Shown one piece after another: positions 51,598-60,406 of a stretch of DNA of 64,000 nt. The stretch is from NCBI GenBank assembly GCA_040377305.1, contig JBEIPA010000004.1:186615-250614 (forward strand). Direction: 5' to 3'. The notes under the pieces were generated by a model. The model was given only the letters and a program-made list of their open reading frames with translations. It made no database searches and was not told where the DNA came from. A program made the position numbers and the translations under genes. Positions within the stretch are counted from its first letter, which is position 1; every line of letters begins with the position of its first letter. Source of the DNA: Flavobacteriales bacterium (GTDB lineage Bacteria > Bacteroidota > Bacteroidia > Palsa-965).

Positions 51598-51611
51598 ACG
51601 CGAAGGTGAAG

Positions 51612-52610
51612 TTAAATTATTTTCCGGCCAATCGATTCGGCAACCGCTTTCAACGACTTCGCGAGCGCACGGAATTCATCGTGATTCAATTGCTGCGAGG
51701 CATCGCTCTTCGCCACTTTCGGATTCGGGTGAACTTCGATGAGCAATCCATCAACGCCCATAGCTGTGCATGCGCGCGCGAGATCAGGCACGCCATACGC
51801 GTAGCCGATTGCATGACTCGGATCGAGGATCACAGGCAAGTTGCTGTATTGTTTCATCCAGGCAGCACCGCAAAGGTCGAGCGTGAAGCGTGTTTTCGTT
51901 TCGAATGTTCTGATTCCGCGCTCGCACAAAATCACGTTTGGATTTCCACCGGCGAGAATGAATTCAGCGCACTGCAGAAATTCCTGCAACGTACTTCCGA
52001 ATCCGCGCTTAAGCAAAACAGGCTTCTGTGTTTTTCCGCAACGCTTCAGAATGCCATGATCGTACATAGACTTCGCACCGATCTGAATAATATCAGCATG
52101 TTCGATGATGTCTTCAATCTGAGTTGCATCACGAACTTCTGTGATGATATTGAAACCATATTTCTCACGCATTTTAGAGAGAAGCTTCAATCCATCCAGG
52201 CCCATTCCCTGGAACGTGTACGGCGATGTGCGCGGTTTGTATGCACCAGCGCGCAACGTAGAAATACCAAGCTCTTTCAGCAAGGCAGCCGATTGTTCAA
52301 TCTGCTCTTCCGATTCAACAGAACAAGGACCGGCGATCAAAGCCGTGTGACCGGTAGTGCCGCCAATCTTCACGCCGTTAATGTCGATTGTACGCGTTTC
52401 GCTTTTCCATGCACGGCTCGACAATTGCATATCGTCGGCGAGCACAGTAACGCGATCTGCTTCTGCATCATACTTCTTGTCCAGCTCTTTCACCGAGGAA
52501 GAAGTGATAATGGTATATTTTCCCAGGTAATGAATGCAAAAAGCTTTTAACTCTTTTGCGATTTCATTCGCGCGGGTTTCATTGACGGAAGATTTGAGTT
52601 CGATGATCAT
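51612..52610 (-). CDS. Type I-beta DAHP synthase-like ulosonate-phosphate synthase
   Basis: IAGPCSVE, KPRTSPY, CERGIRTFE and DPSHA motifs; IGAKSMYD in place of the usual IGARNMQN. Confidence 0.88.
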   Translation of the reverse strand: MIIELKSSVNETRANEIAKELKAFCIHYLGKYTIITSSSVKELDKKYDAEADRVTVLADDMQLSSRAWKSETRTIDINGVKIGGTTGHTALIAGPCSVESEEQIEQSAALLKELGISTLRAGAYKPRTSPYTFQGMGLDGLKLLSKMREKYGFNIITEVRDATQIEDIIEHADIIQIGAKSMYDHGILKRCGKTQKPVLLKRGFGSTLQEFLQCAEFILAGGNPNVILCERGIRTFETKTRFTLDLCGAAWMKQYSNLPVILDPSHAIGYAYGVPDLARACTAMGVDGLLIEVHPNPKVAKSDASQQLNHDEFRALAKSLKAVAESIGRKII

Positions 52611-52625
52611 ATTTTCAATTTTTGT

Positions 52626-52657
52626 CGCCTTCGACTGAGCGTAGCCGAAGGATGACG
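52626..52657 (-). repeat. REP-like element
   Basis: Minus strand CGTCATCCTTCGGCTACGCTCAGTCGAAGGCG. Confidence 0.75.
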
Positions 52658-52658
52658 A

Positions 52659-53663
52659 TCAGGCCTCGCCTTTCACGAGGTTGAAGAATGTTAATGCACC
52701 AGTTACTTTGTTTTCACTATCCACAACAGGCAAATAGGTAATGGCAAACGTTTTTGATTTGATAAGTCGGATGAGCTCAACAACAGTTGCGTCTTCGTGA
52801 ACCGTAACCGGAGTTTTGTTCGTGATATCACTTTCATGAATGTCGTTGAGCCAATTGATACGCTTCAATATGCCTTTACGCACATCTGCATTGCTGCTGA
52901 TTCCTTCGAGCTTCTCCTCGTTGTCGATGAGGATTGTGAATCCCATTTTATATTCATCAATGCTTTGCAGGATATTTTCAAAACTCCGTTGCGTGGGACG
53001 AAGCACCGGAATTTCACCGTACGTCATCATAAAATCTTTCACCTGAAAGTGCGATTCGTTCTCGTGCGTTTTCAGATTGAGCAATGCGAGCCCGAGTGTA
53101 TCTGCTTTGAACAAATACGATCCGGAAACAGATGCATAAACACCCATGTTACGCAGTATGAAGGAAACTTCTCCATTAACTCCGCCATCGACATGGATAC
53201 GTTTCGCAGGATATTTTCTGCCGAACTCACGAATCTTACGGAAGATTTCTTTGTTGAATTCTCCTCCGCTCTTTCCGGGAATCGTAGCCATCATGAGCAT
53301 GAAATCGAAACGCGATGCATATTGATGAAACACTTCGATGTCGGAAACAGCTGTTATTGCTAAACCGATTTTCCCTGTGATGGTCGAAGGAATTTCAAGT
53401 GCTCCGGGAAGATCTTCGTACTGAAACGTGACGTAATCGCACGGCGTTTTCTCAAGCAGCGGAAAATACTTCTCAGGTGTTTTCGAGATGATGTGAAGAT
53501 CAATCGGCGTTTTGCTGATGGTGCGGATTTTCGCAATATCATCAAACACTTTTGGATCGTCGTTACAATCGACATGGAACAAATCGATGCGGTGTGCATC
53601 CAATTCGCGAACAACTTCTTCCAAAGGACGGGAAGTAGAGTAGATGGATGCGGAGATTTTCAC
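52659..53663 (-). CDS. Ribulose-phosphate 3-epimerase-like domain fused to a CBS pair
   Basis: HVDCND, DLH, MATIPGKSGG, VDGGVN and SGSYLF motifs; C-terminal CBS pair; GTG start 4 nt after TATCTTTG. Confidence 0.85.
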   Translation of the reverse strand: MKISASIYSTSRPLEEVVRELDAHRIDLFHVDCNDDPKVFDDIAKIRTISKTPIDLHIISKTPEKYFPLLEKTPCDYVTFQYEDLPGALEIPSTITGKIGLAITAVSDIEVFHQYASRFDFMLMMATIPGKSGGEFNKEIFRKIREFGRKYPAKRIHVDGGVNGEVSFILRNMGVYASVSGSYLFKADTLGLALLNLKTHENESHFQVKDFMMTYGEIPVLRPTQRSFENILQSIDEYKMGFTILIDNEEKLEGISSNADVRKGILKRINWLNDIHESDITNKTPVTVHEDATVVELIRLIKSKTFAITYLPVVDSENKVTGALTFFNLVKGEA

Positions 53664-53737
53664 GGGGCAAAGATAGCTATTTCAGTAGGCAGTCCGCCGC
53701 GGCGGAGCAGTAGGGCAGCAAGCAGTCTACCGTGCCG

Positions 53738-54277
53738 TTATCGTCCTTTTGCGGTAGCTTTATCGAGCGCAACGACTAATCCTTCAATGTTGTCGACCAT
53801 GAAACTTTCTTCACTCAGACTTAGTTCCCGGGATATGATGGGCCAAGCGACTGCTTCCTGACCGGGCACGCGGTTATCGGTAAGGTTTAGGACTATGCGC
53901 CCCGAATCTGATGTTATTGCAACAACGAGATGCAGTGTTGATCCATATTTCGGACCATTGTATTTCGTGTATTGCCAATAGGTGTAATCGCCGACAACAA
54001 AATTCCGCTGGAGTTTTTTGCCTTGCACTTCTATACTCACTATTCCTTTTTCATTTTGAGTCAGAAGGAAAACCGTCGCGTTGATTTTGCCGAGAAGGCG
54101 AAATCCAAAAATTGTTGCTACTAAGGCGGCAGCATAAATCCACCAGGGTCCAACGAATTTTCCATCGACCGCGAAGCTTACAATTAGTAATGTAACGGCT
54201 ACAACCATCACGAGGATCAGCATAGGTCCAGCGAAACTGTCCTTCAGCCCTTTTGTTTCGAAAATTTGCTTATTCAT
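53738..54277 (-). CDS. Hypothetical membrane protein
   Basis: Two TM helices and a soluble beta-rich C-terminus; start moved to ATG 54277. Confidence 0.7.
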   Translation of the reverse strand: MNKQIFETKGLKDSFAGPMLILVMVVAVTLLIVSFAVDGKFVGPWWIYAAALVATIFGFRLLGKINATVFLLTQNEKGIVSIEVQGKKLQRNFVVGDYTYWQYTKYNGPKYGSTLHLVVAITSDSGRIVLNLTDNRVPGQEAVAWPIISRELSLSEESFMVDNIEGLVVALDKATAKGR

Positions 54278-54360
54278 TTCATGATCAAGGAACAAAAAAT
54301 ACCGCACACTACATACAGCTTAGTGCAGTTTTGCAAACGTTCAATTGTGGTGGTTACTCC

Positions 54361-55374
54361 TTATTGCACTGGCGCATCGTAGGTCGTGCTAATGCAATCA
54401 CCAATAGGGAAATACTCTACCAATTCGGAGATGTAGGGGTTACCGTTGAAATCGTAAAAATAGCGGACAATGTTCAACGGAGTAAAAATCGGATTGACGC
54501 GCTCGCTTTTGGTTTGGTACAATTCGAACAGTTCAACCATTCTTTTAACTCCGGCTGCATCGTGTTTCTCAAAGAAATCGCGGTTCACACTTATGAGCTC
54601 TACCGCTTCCGGAATCTGATCATATGAGATGTACCTACCCAATGATTCTACTTCCCCATCTCTAAATGGATGTGTCCAATTGGTTACTGTGTTTTCATAG
54701 AAATAAACCAGCAGGTTGTGTAATTCAACTTCTGCTTCTTCTGCAGGAGTGAGATTGTACGTTTCGTTGTGCGCAATCAGAAAATCTGCTAAGCGATAGA
54801 AATACACCTGAATATCCTGATTGGGCGCGAAGTGTTCTCGCAATTCCTCGGGTAGTCGCCATGTCGATTTCACAATAGCCAATTCACGTTCGCAGACAAT
54901 ATCTTTCATCGACACACTCTCAATGGCAAATGCGGAGTATGTTTTGAATTCACCAATGTAATTTGTGTTGTCAATAACAAGTGTGTCCAAGCGATTATGA
55001 TCGATACTATCACCATAAAATACCGTCCATTCAACATACGTACTACGGGTCGGATTGATCAGTAGATGTCGATAGTGAGATTCAAAAGACGTATCGAAAA
55101 TTTGTTTCATCGTTGAATCCAACACCCGATAGCGATGAACACCGGGATTGTGTCCGCTCTCGTACGTGATGTTTTCTGTGCCCGTGCAGATTGGCTTAAA
55201 ACCTTCGATGTACGTGTGTGCCGGAAGAGGAAGCGTGTCTTCGTCGACAATGATGAAATAATTTTCATCAGTTGGATTATCAATGCTGAGTGCATCACCA
55301 CGTTTTGGAAGTTCAGAATTGCAAGCGCAAATTAGCAGTGTGGTTGCAGCGAGGAGAATGAACGAAGATTTCAT
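54361..55374 (-). CDS. Hypothetical lipoprotein
   Basis: Lipobox ICAC; 337-aa ORF. Confidence 0.7.
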   Translation of the reverse strand: MKSSFILLAATTLLICACNSELPKRGDALSIDNPTDENYFIIVDEDTLPLPAHTYIEGFKPICTGTENITYESGHNPGVHRYRVLDSTMKQIFDTSFESHYRHLLINPTRSTYVEWTVFYGDSIDHNRLDTLVIDNTNYIGEFKTYSAFAIESVSMKDIVCERELAIVKSTWRLPEELREHFAPNQDIQVYFYRLADFLIAHNETYNLTPAEEAEVELHNLLVYFYENTVTNWTHPFRDGEVESLGRYISYDQIPEAVELISVNRDFFEKHDAAGVKRMVELFELYQTKSERVNPIFTPLNIVRYFYDFNGNPYISELVEYFPIGDCISTTYDAPVQ

Positions 55375-55380
55375 CTGGAG

Positions 55381-56637
55381 TTATCCGAAGAACAAATAGG
55401 AGACGAAAATGGCGCCGCTTATACCGACGAGGTCAACAAGCAATCCCGCACCAACGGCATAGCGTGTGTTTTTAACTCCAACAGAACCGAAGTACAATGC
55501 GACAATGTAGAAGGTAGTATCTGCAGAAGCGTAAATCACGGAAGCAAGACGACCAGCGAATGAATCAGGTCCTAGTGCTTTATTTATAAAAATCTCGTTC
55601 ACTAATCCTTCTGTGCCTCCTCCGCTGAGAGGTTTCATTAACGCAATTGGAATAGTATCAATGAAGCGAAGATCAGTTCCAATCCATGTAAAAACTACGA
55701 CCAATCCATCTTTGATGTATGTCAATGCACCGCACGTGCGAAATACGCTGATCGCTACAATCATTCCAACGAGATAAGGAACAATTCTGATCATGGTGGC
55801 GAAACCTTCTTTGGCGCCTTCAATAAATTCGCCGTAGACATTAATTTTTTTGAATAGGGCGACTCCAACAAACAACACCATGATACCGAGGAGTAGTGCG
55901 TTACCACCAACAACAGAAACCGTGGTTCGTAATTCAGGCGACATCAGCATGAATCCGCAAACTACAAGCAACATAAATACCGCAGCTGAAATCAACCACG
56001 TGGCAAGCGTACGGGTGAAAATTCGTTGACGAAGCGATACATAAGTCATTGCAAATAGCATTGTGAAGAACGAGGTGATAAGGATCGGAATGAAAACATC
56101 TGCCGGCCCGGTTGATTGTTGAGCTGCGCGCAAGCCGAGAATCGTAACTGGAATCAATGTGAATCCTGCCGTGTTGATCGCAAGAAACATGATCATTGAA
56201 TTCGATGCTTTTTCTTTGTCATCGTTTATATCTTGCAGGCTATCCATGGCTTTCAACCCAGCTGGCGTTGCGGCATTGCTTAAGCCCAACATATTCGCAG
56301 AGAAGTTGAACATGATGTGCCCGTGAGCCGCATGACCTTCCGGAACGGCAGGAAAAAGATGTTTGAAGAAAGGCCCAATCACTCTTCCGAGTAAAGCAAT
56401 CGCACCAATTTTTTCCGCAAGGCGCATGAAGCCCATCCACAATGTGAGAATACCACACAAGGGCAATGCAACATTTACAAAAGCGATTTTTGCGTAGTCG
56501 AGAGTTCCCTTCGCGACTGTTTCGAAAATCATCTGGTCTGCTTCAGCGCCTCCGCCAAAATATCCGTAAATCGTTCGGATTAGAGCGACTACGAATCCCA
56601 CTACGAAAAATCCAACCCAGATGTAATTCAGCGTCAT
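55381..56637 (-). CDS. SpmA/SpmB fused nucleoside-recognition (Gate) membrane protein
   Basis: NMLGLSNAATPAGLKAM, FIEGAKEG, KPLSG and DTTFY motifs. Confidence 0.9.
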   Translation of the reverse strand: MTLNYIWVGFFVVGFVVALIRTIYGYFGGGAEADQMIFETVAKGTLDYAKIAFVNVALPLCGILTLWMGFMRLAEKIGAIALLGRVIGPFFKHLFPAVPEGHAAHGHIMFNFSANMLGLSNAATPAGLKAMDSLQDINDDKEKASNSMIMFLAINTAGFTLIPVTILGLRAAQQSTGPADVFIPILITSFFTMLFAMTYVSLRQRIFTRTLATWLISAAVFMLLVVCGFMLMSPELRTTVSVVGGNALLLGIMVLFVGVALFKKINVYGEFIEGAKEGFATMIRIVPYLVGMIVAISVFRTCGALTYIKDGLVVVFTWIGTDLRFIDTIPIALMKPLSGGGTEGLVNEIFINKALGPDSFAGRLASVIYASADTTFYIVALYFGSVGVKNTRYAVGAGLLVDLVGISGAIFVSYLFFG

Positions 56638-56791
56638 GCTGTAAATGTAGTTTTTGATTTTCGCGGGTTATGAACTTTGACCGCTAGGTTATTAACAGAA
56701 TTGCTGTCAACAAGCCCATTCTGTCGGTGATCGGGCGAATTTATCCATTGCGTCGTATTGCGGAACTAGTTTACATTAGCGGCACCCTTAC

Positions 56792-57202
56792 ATGTTTGAC
56801 CATCCGCGGAATAATCTTAGTGAGATTCCCGGCAAAGCTGCAATCTGGTCTGATGAAGATGGATTATCCTGGATCACTTTTGAAACAGGTGCGGAAATTA
56901 CAGGAGATGATGCGGCAATGCTGCTGGAGTTTGCAAAACGCACCTCAAACGATGCGGAGTACTTCCGTGTGCTTGTAGATCTCAGAAGCAATCCGGTAAT
57001 TTCCAAAGAGGCGCGCGACTTTGCAGCAAGCGGACAAATTCAGTCTTTCATTTCAGCGTTTGCAATTCTGGCGAGTGATTTACCCATGCGACTCGTTGGA
57101 AATTTCTTCATCCACTTTCATAAACCCAATCAACCAACGAAAATATTCACAGACGAACATGAAGCGAGAACGTGGTTGTTGGAACAGCGTGAAAAAAAAT
57201 AA
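56792..57202 (+). CDS. STAS/SpoIIAA-like small protein
   Basis: LVDLR...ISKEAR...GNFFI...PTKIFTDEHEARTWL pattern. Confidence 0.75.
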   Translation: MFDHPRNNLSEIPGKAAIWSDEDGLSWITFETGAEITGDDAAMLLEFAKRTSNDAEYFRVLVDLRSNPVISKEARDFAASGQIQSFISAFAILASDLPMRLVGNFFIHFHKPNQPTKIFTDEHEARTWLLEQREKK

Positions 57203-57205
57203 ATA

Positions 57206-58177
57206 CTAAGCGCGCTTAATACGCGTAAGTCCGCGCAACACATCGGCAAACCATTTTACTTCTTCAAGCATTTCCGGATGAATCTCTTCTGTGAATTTCT
57301 TTTCCGGACACGTGCGAAGGTTGGCGCGTTCATGTCCGATCATCATGTAAATTCTTGAACGCTGAATTGAAATAGCGAATGAATTTTTCGTTGTAGAAGC
57401 GAGGTAAAGAAGAAACTCCTGCACGGAAGGAGTCAACATCCCGCGAAGCATTTCAGGTTGATCCGTATTCAGTAAAAACGCATCATCAAATTTCGTTTCA
57501 CCCAATTTTATTTTCTGGAGTTGCTGGTCTTCTACCCAATGGTGATAATTGAGTGTGTGCCAATCGTCTGATTCGCCTTCGTTGTTGCGGTAATGCATTG
57601 TGATGAAGTGAAAACCTGAAATGCGATCTACGGGTACAACGATAAACCATCCGTAGAACCGATTTGTGCCAACCGTATTTTGCATTGGACCGGCTCCGTA
57701 AGTTGCGACAGTCTGCAAGGCAACCTCGTACATGCCAAAAGATTGTTCATTAAACTTGCCCTGAATCCAATCTTCCCGGGAAATTGTTGAATACTTGTCA
57801 TAAAAAAGTCCCGCCTCAAGAAATGTTTTCATTGCAAGATCATGGCGTTTTCCTACCCGAACTTCAGTTGCACCTGCCTTGGTGAGTAATCCGGGAAGAA
57901 TAAGCTGAGCATAACTGCGCTCCACTTCAGTCAGCACGGGCAGTTTCATGAAGATTATTGCACCCACGACGAAAATTGTCACAACACAGAATGCTGCATA
58001 GGCCAGAAACAGCCACTTGATTTCCAGCGCGTAAACCAATGAAGCGCCTAGCACGAGAAATCCAAGCGCAGTGAATGCTAGCATCCCCTTTCGCTGAGCC
58101 CATTCCCGCTTTTTTTGCAGGATGTTCAATTCCGTTTCCGGGGCGATTTCCGCCGGTGTGAGATCCTCAAAATTCAT
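57206..58177 (-). CDS. DUF3137-like membrane protein
   Basis: Two N-terminal TM helices; ED.I.G, FYGWF, FDDAF and LTP motifs. Confidence 0.7.
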   Translation of the reverse strand: MNFEDLTPAEIAPETELNILQKKREWAQRKGMLAFTALGFLVLGASLVYALEIKWLFLAYAAFCVVTIFVVGAIIFMKLPVLTEVERSYAQLILPGLLTKAGATEVRVGKRHDLAMKTFLEAGLFYDKYSTISREDWIQGKFNEQSFGMYEVALQTVATYGAGPMQNTVGTNRFYGWFIVVPVDRISGFHFITMHYRNNEGESDDWHTLNYHHWVEDQQLQKIKLGETKFDDAFLLNTDQPEMLRGMLTPSVQEFLLYLASTTKNSFAISIQRSRIYMMIGHERANLRTCPEKKFTEEIHPEMLEEVKWFADVLRGLTRIKRA

Positions 58178-58321
58178 TTACCAAAAACCCTCATTTTCAT
58201 CAAGCGAAAAACGCCAAAAGATTTCAACATTACAAGTGAGTTTTCAAGGGCTTGGATAAGGTATGAACAAACTGTTAACACCAATGAAAACCAGCCTCTT
58301 CCGTGGATATATTTGATCTCT

Positions 58322-59719
58322 ATGGAGCAATTATCACTTATTCCGCCGGCGTTACGCACCTCCAGGCCCCTTCACTTCCCAAAAATTCTTCGCGAACGAT
58401 ACAATTTGCTCGTTCCGCGTCAGGAAGATGGTTTGATTGTGCTTGCTATTTTCCAGAAGGTTCGTGCCGGAATCATTGAGCGTTCTTTTCCCGAGCGCAT
58501 CATTGTCGACACAATCAAGCAAGTGCTCAACGAGCTCGGACAAGGTTCGCAGCGCGGAGAAGAAACGCAGAAGTACGATGAAACTATTCACCGTCTGCTG
58601 CGCCACTTCATTGACAAGAACATCGAAGACAAATCTTATCAGCTCAGCACGTACGGAGAGAATTTCTGCGACATGCTCGAGCGTGAAGTGCATACTGCGA
58701 TCAATCCTTCGCAGATCCAGAAAACGTTCAATGACCTCGTGATGCTTCTCGCGCTCAAGCTGGAGAGCCTCGAAGATTTTCGTCACTGGTACCTCACGCA
58801 GTTCTTCAAACACAAAGCCGACATCAGCGCACAGCTCCGCGCACTTCAGGCGCAGATTGAAGATACAGTTGACCAGCTGAATGATCTCGTGAAGAATGAG
58901 CACGACAACTTCCGCGAAATGCTGATTGGCTGTGAAGCACTTCTCGATCGCATCAAGGAGCAGGCGGATAAACTTTCAAGTGCGTTCTCTTCGAAAGACG
59001 ACATCAAGCAATTGATGGACGATGCAGATCTCGGAGTTGAATTCGAATTCCGCGAAATGAAACGTGATGTACGCGGTTACTTCAAGGATATTGAAGGCCG
59101 ACTCATCAACGTGTCACACACGATTGACCGCATCAAACCGAAAGTAAACAAGCTCTACAACGATTTCGAGAAACGCGATTACGACCGGAAAATTGAATCG
59201 TTCCTGATCTACATGCTGAAAAACTCTTCGAGCAAATTCTTTCGCACGAAGAAACTGAAAGACCGCAAAGTTCACGAAGTAGAAGTTTTTCTGCCGAAGA
59301 ACATCCGCGAGAAGGACCTGTACAGCGATCGTTCGCGTATTACGGGCATTGATTACATGCAGTTGCTCGAACCACCTCCGATAACATTGCAAACGCTCAC
59401 GTGGGATCAGGATGATCTTTCCCGTCAGGCAGATTTGCGTCGCCAGTATCTCGCGCGTGAGAAACGCATTGAAGATTGGTTCAACATTATCACGGCAGAC
59501 ATCGAGAAGAAAAAGGAGATCAACTTCTCGGATTATTACTACCAGATCATGTACAAAGACAATGATTTTGAAGAAGCAATCAAGGAAGCAACGTTAGTGC
59601 TCAAAGAGTTCACGAAGAATCCGAATTACGAAGTAACAGTTAGCGAAGAATTTAACCTTGATCCAAAACACCCGCACATCGGAATATGGAAAATGCAAGT
59701 AAAAAGTATAGCTTCCTAG
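58322..59719 (+). CDS. mksF: MukF/MksF/JetA-like kleisin subunit
   Basis: First gene of the SMC operon; N-terminal winged helix (YQLSTYG), helical middle, C-terminal domain; start moved to ATG 58322 after TATATTTG. Confidence 0.7.
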   Translation: MEQLSLIPPALRTSRPLHFPKILRERYNLLVPRQEDGLIVLAIFQKVRAGIIERSFPERIIVDTIKQVLNELGQGSQRGEETQKYDETIHRLLRHFIDKNIEDKSYQLSTYGENFCDMLEREVHTAINPSQIQKTFNDLVMLLALKLESLEDFRHWYLTQFFKHKADISAQLRALQAQIEDTVDQLNDLVKNEHDNFREMLIGCEALLDRIKEQADKLSSAFSSKDDIKQLMDDADLGVEFEFREMKRDVRGYFKDIEGRLINVSHTIDRIKPKVNKLYNDFEKRDYDRKIESFLIYMLKNSSSKFFRTKKLKDRKVHEVEVFLPKNIREKDLYSDRSRITGIDYMQLLEPPPITLQTLTWDQDDLSRQADLRRQYLAREKRIEDWFNIITADIEKKKEINFSDYYYQIMYKDNDFEEAIKEATLVLKEFTKNPNYEVTVSEEFNLDPKHPHIGIWKMQVKSIAS

Positions 59720-60384
59720 AGACAGACGAAGCAGAAGCGTTGTTCGCCGAGGTGGACTTCATGTTCAAGAGCGGCCAGCACATTCAGAATTATCCGCACC
59801 AGGTTGAGATGTTCAACTTCGTGGACAAGTTCGAGGAAGAGTTGCGTTTGTACTACCGGAATCTGTTCAAAGTGAATCTTTCCGGAAAAGGTTCCGACTA
59901 TTCGCGTTATTTCTATCTCGAGATGGACGAAGATACACGCGGAATTGTGAAGACGCGCGCGAAGAAACTGACTCCTGAGCACACGCTGCTTGGAATTCTT
60001 TTGCTGAAGATTCACCGCATCGACAAGTACTTCATCAACGATATTTATGTTCCCGATTTCATTCAGCTTCTGAAGACGAATGAAGAGTACAAGAACTTTA
60101 TCTACAATCTCTTTGCACGTCGTCGTGAGAAAGAAGCAACAGAGATTGATGAGAACACCATTGATGAATGGGTTCGCAACTCACTGAAAGAGTTTGAGCG
60201 TCTCGGATGGATTCATTTCGATCCGCGTAACAAAGAACTCTTTGAGATCATGCCTTCGATTGAGCGCCTCTTCACGATGTACTCATACGAAATTCACAAC
60301 ATCGACCGTCTCATCGATGAAACAAATTCCATCGAAGAGAAAACAGGAGGATTGTATCCTGTTGAAGAAGGCGACAGCGAATAA
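59686..60384 (+). CDS. mksE: MukE/MksE/JetB-like KITE subunit
   Basis: LFAEVDFMFKSGQHI, YFYL and VRNSLKEFERLGWI align by eye with MukE LFPALDSALRSGRHI, FFYL and VRSSLNRLRRLGMV. Confidence 0.8.
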   Translation: MENASKKYSFLETDEAEALFAEVDFMFKSGQHIQNYPHQVEMFNFVDKFEEELRLYYRNLFKVNLSGKGSDYSRYFYLEMDEDTRGIVKTRAKKLTPEHTLLGILLLKIHRIDKYFINDIYVPDFIQLLKTNEEYKNFIYNLFARRREKEATEIDENTIDEWVRNSLKEFERLGWIHFDPRNKELFEIMPSIERLFTMYSYEIHNIDRLIDETNSIEEKTGGLYPVEEGDSE

Positions 60385-60406
60385 TTCACGCATCTAGAAA
60401 AGCGAT

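Noticed and set aside
51489-52550. 353-aa plus-strand ORF
   Set aside because: Antisense shadow of the DAHP synthase-like gene; no recognisable motifs
58115-58321. N-terminal extension of the kleisin ORF
   Set aside because: Overlaps the divergent gene and promoter; ATG 58322 follows a TAnnTTTG element
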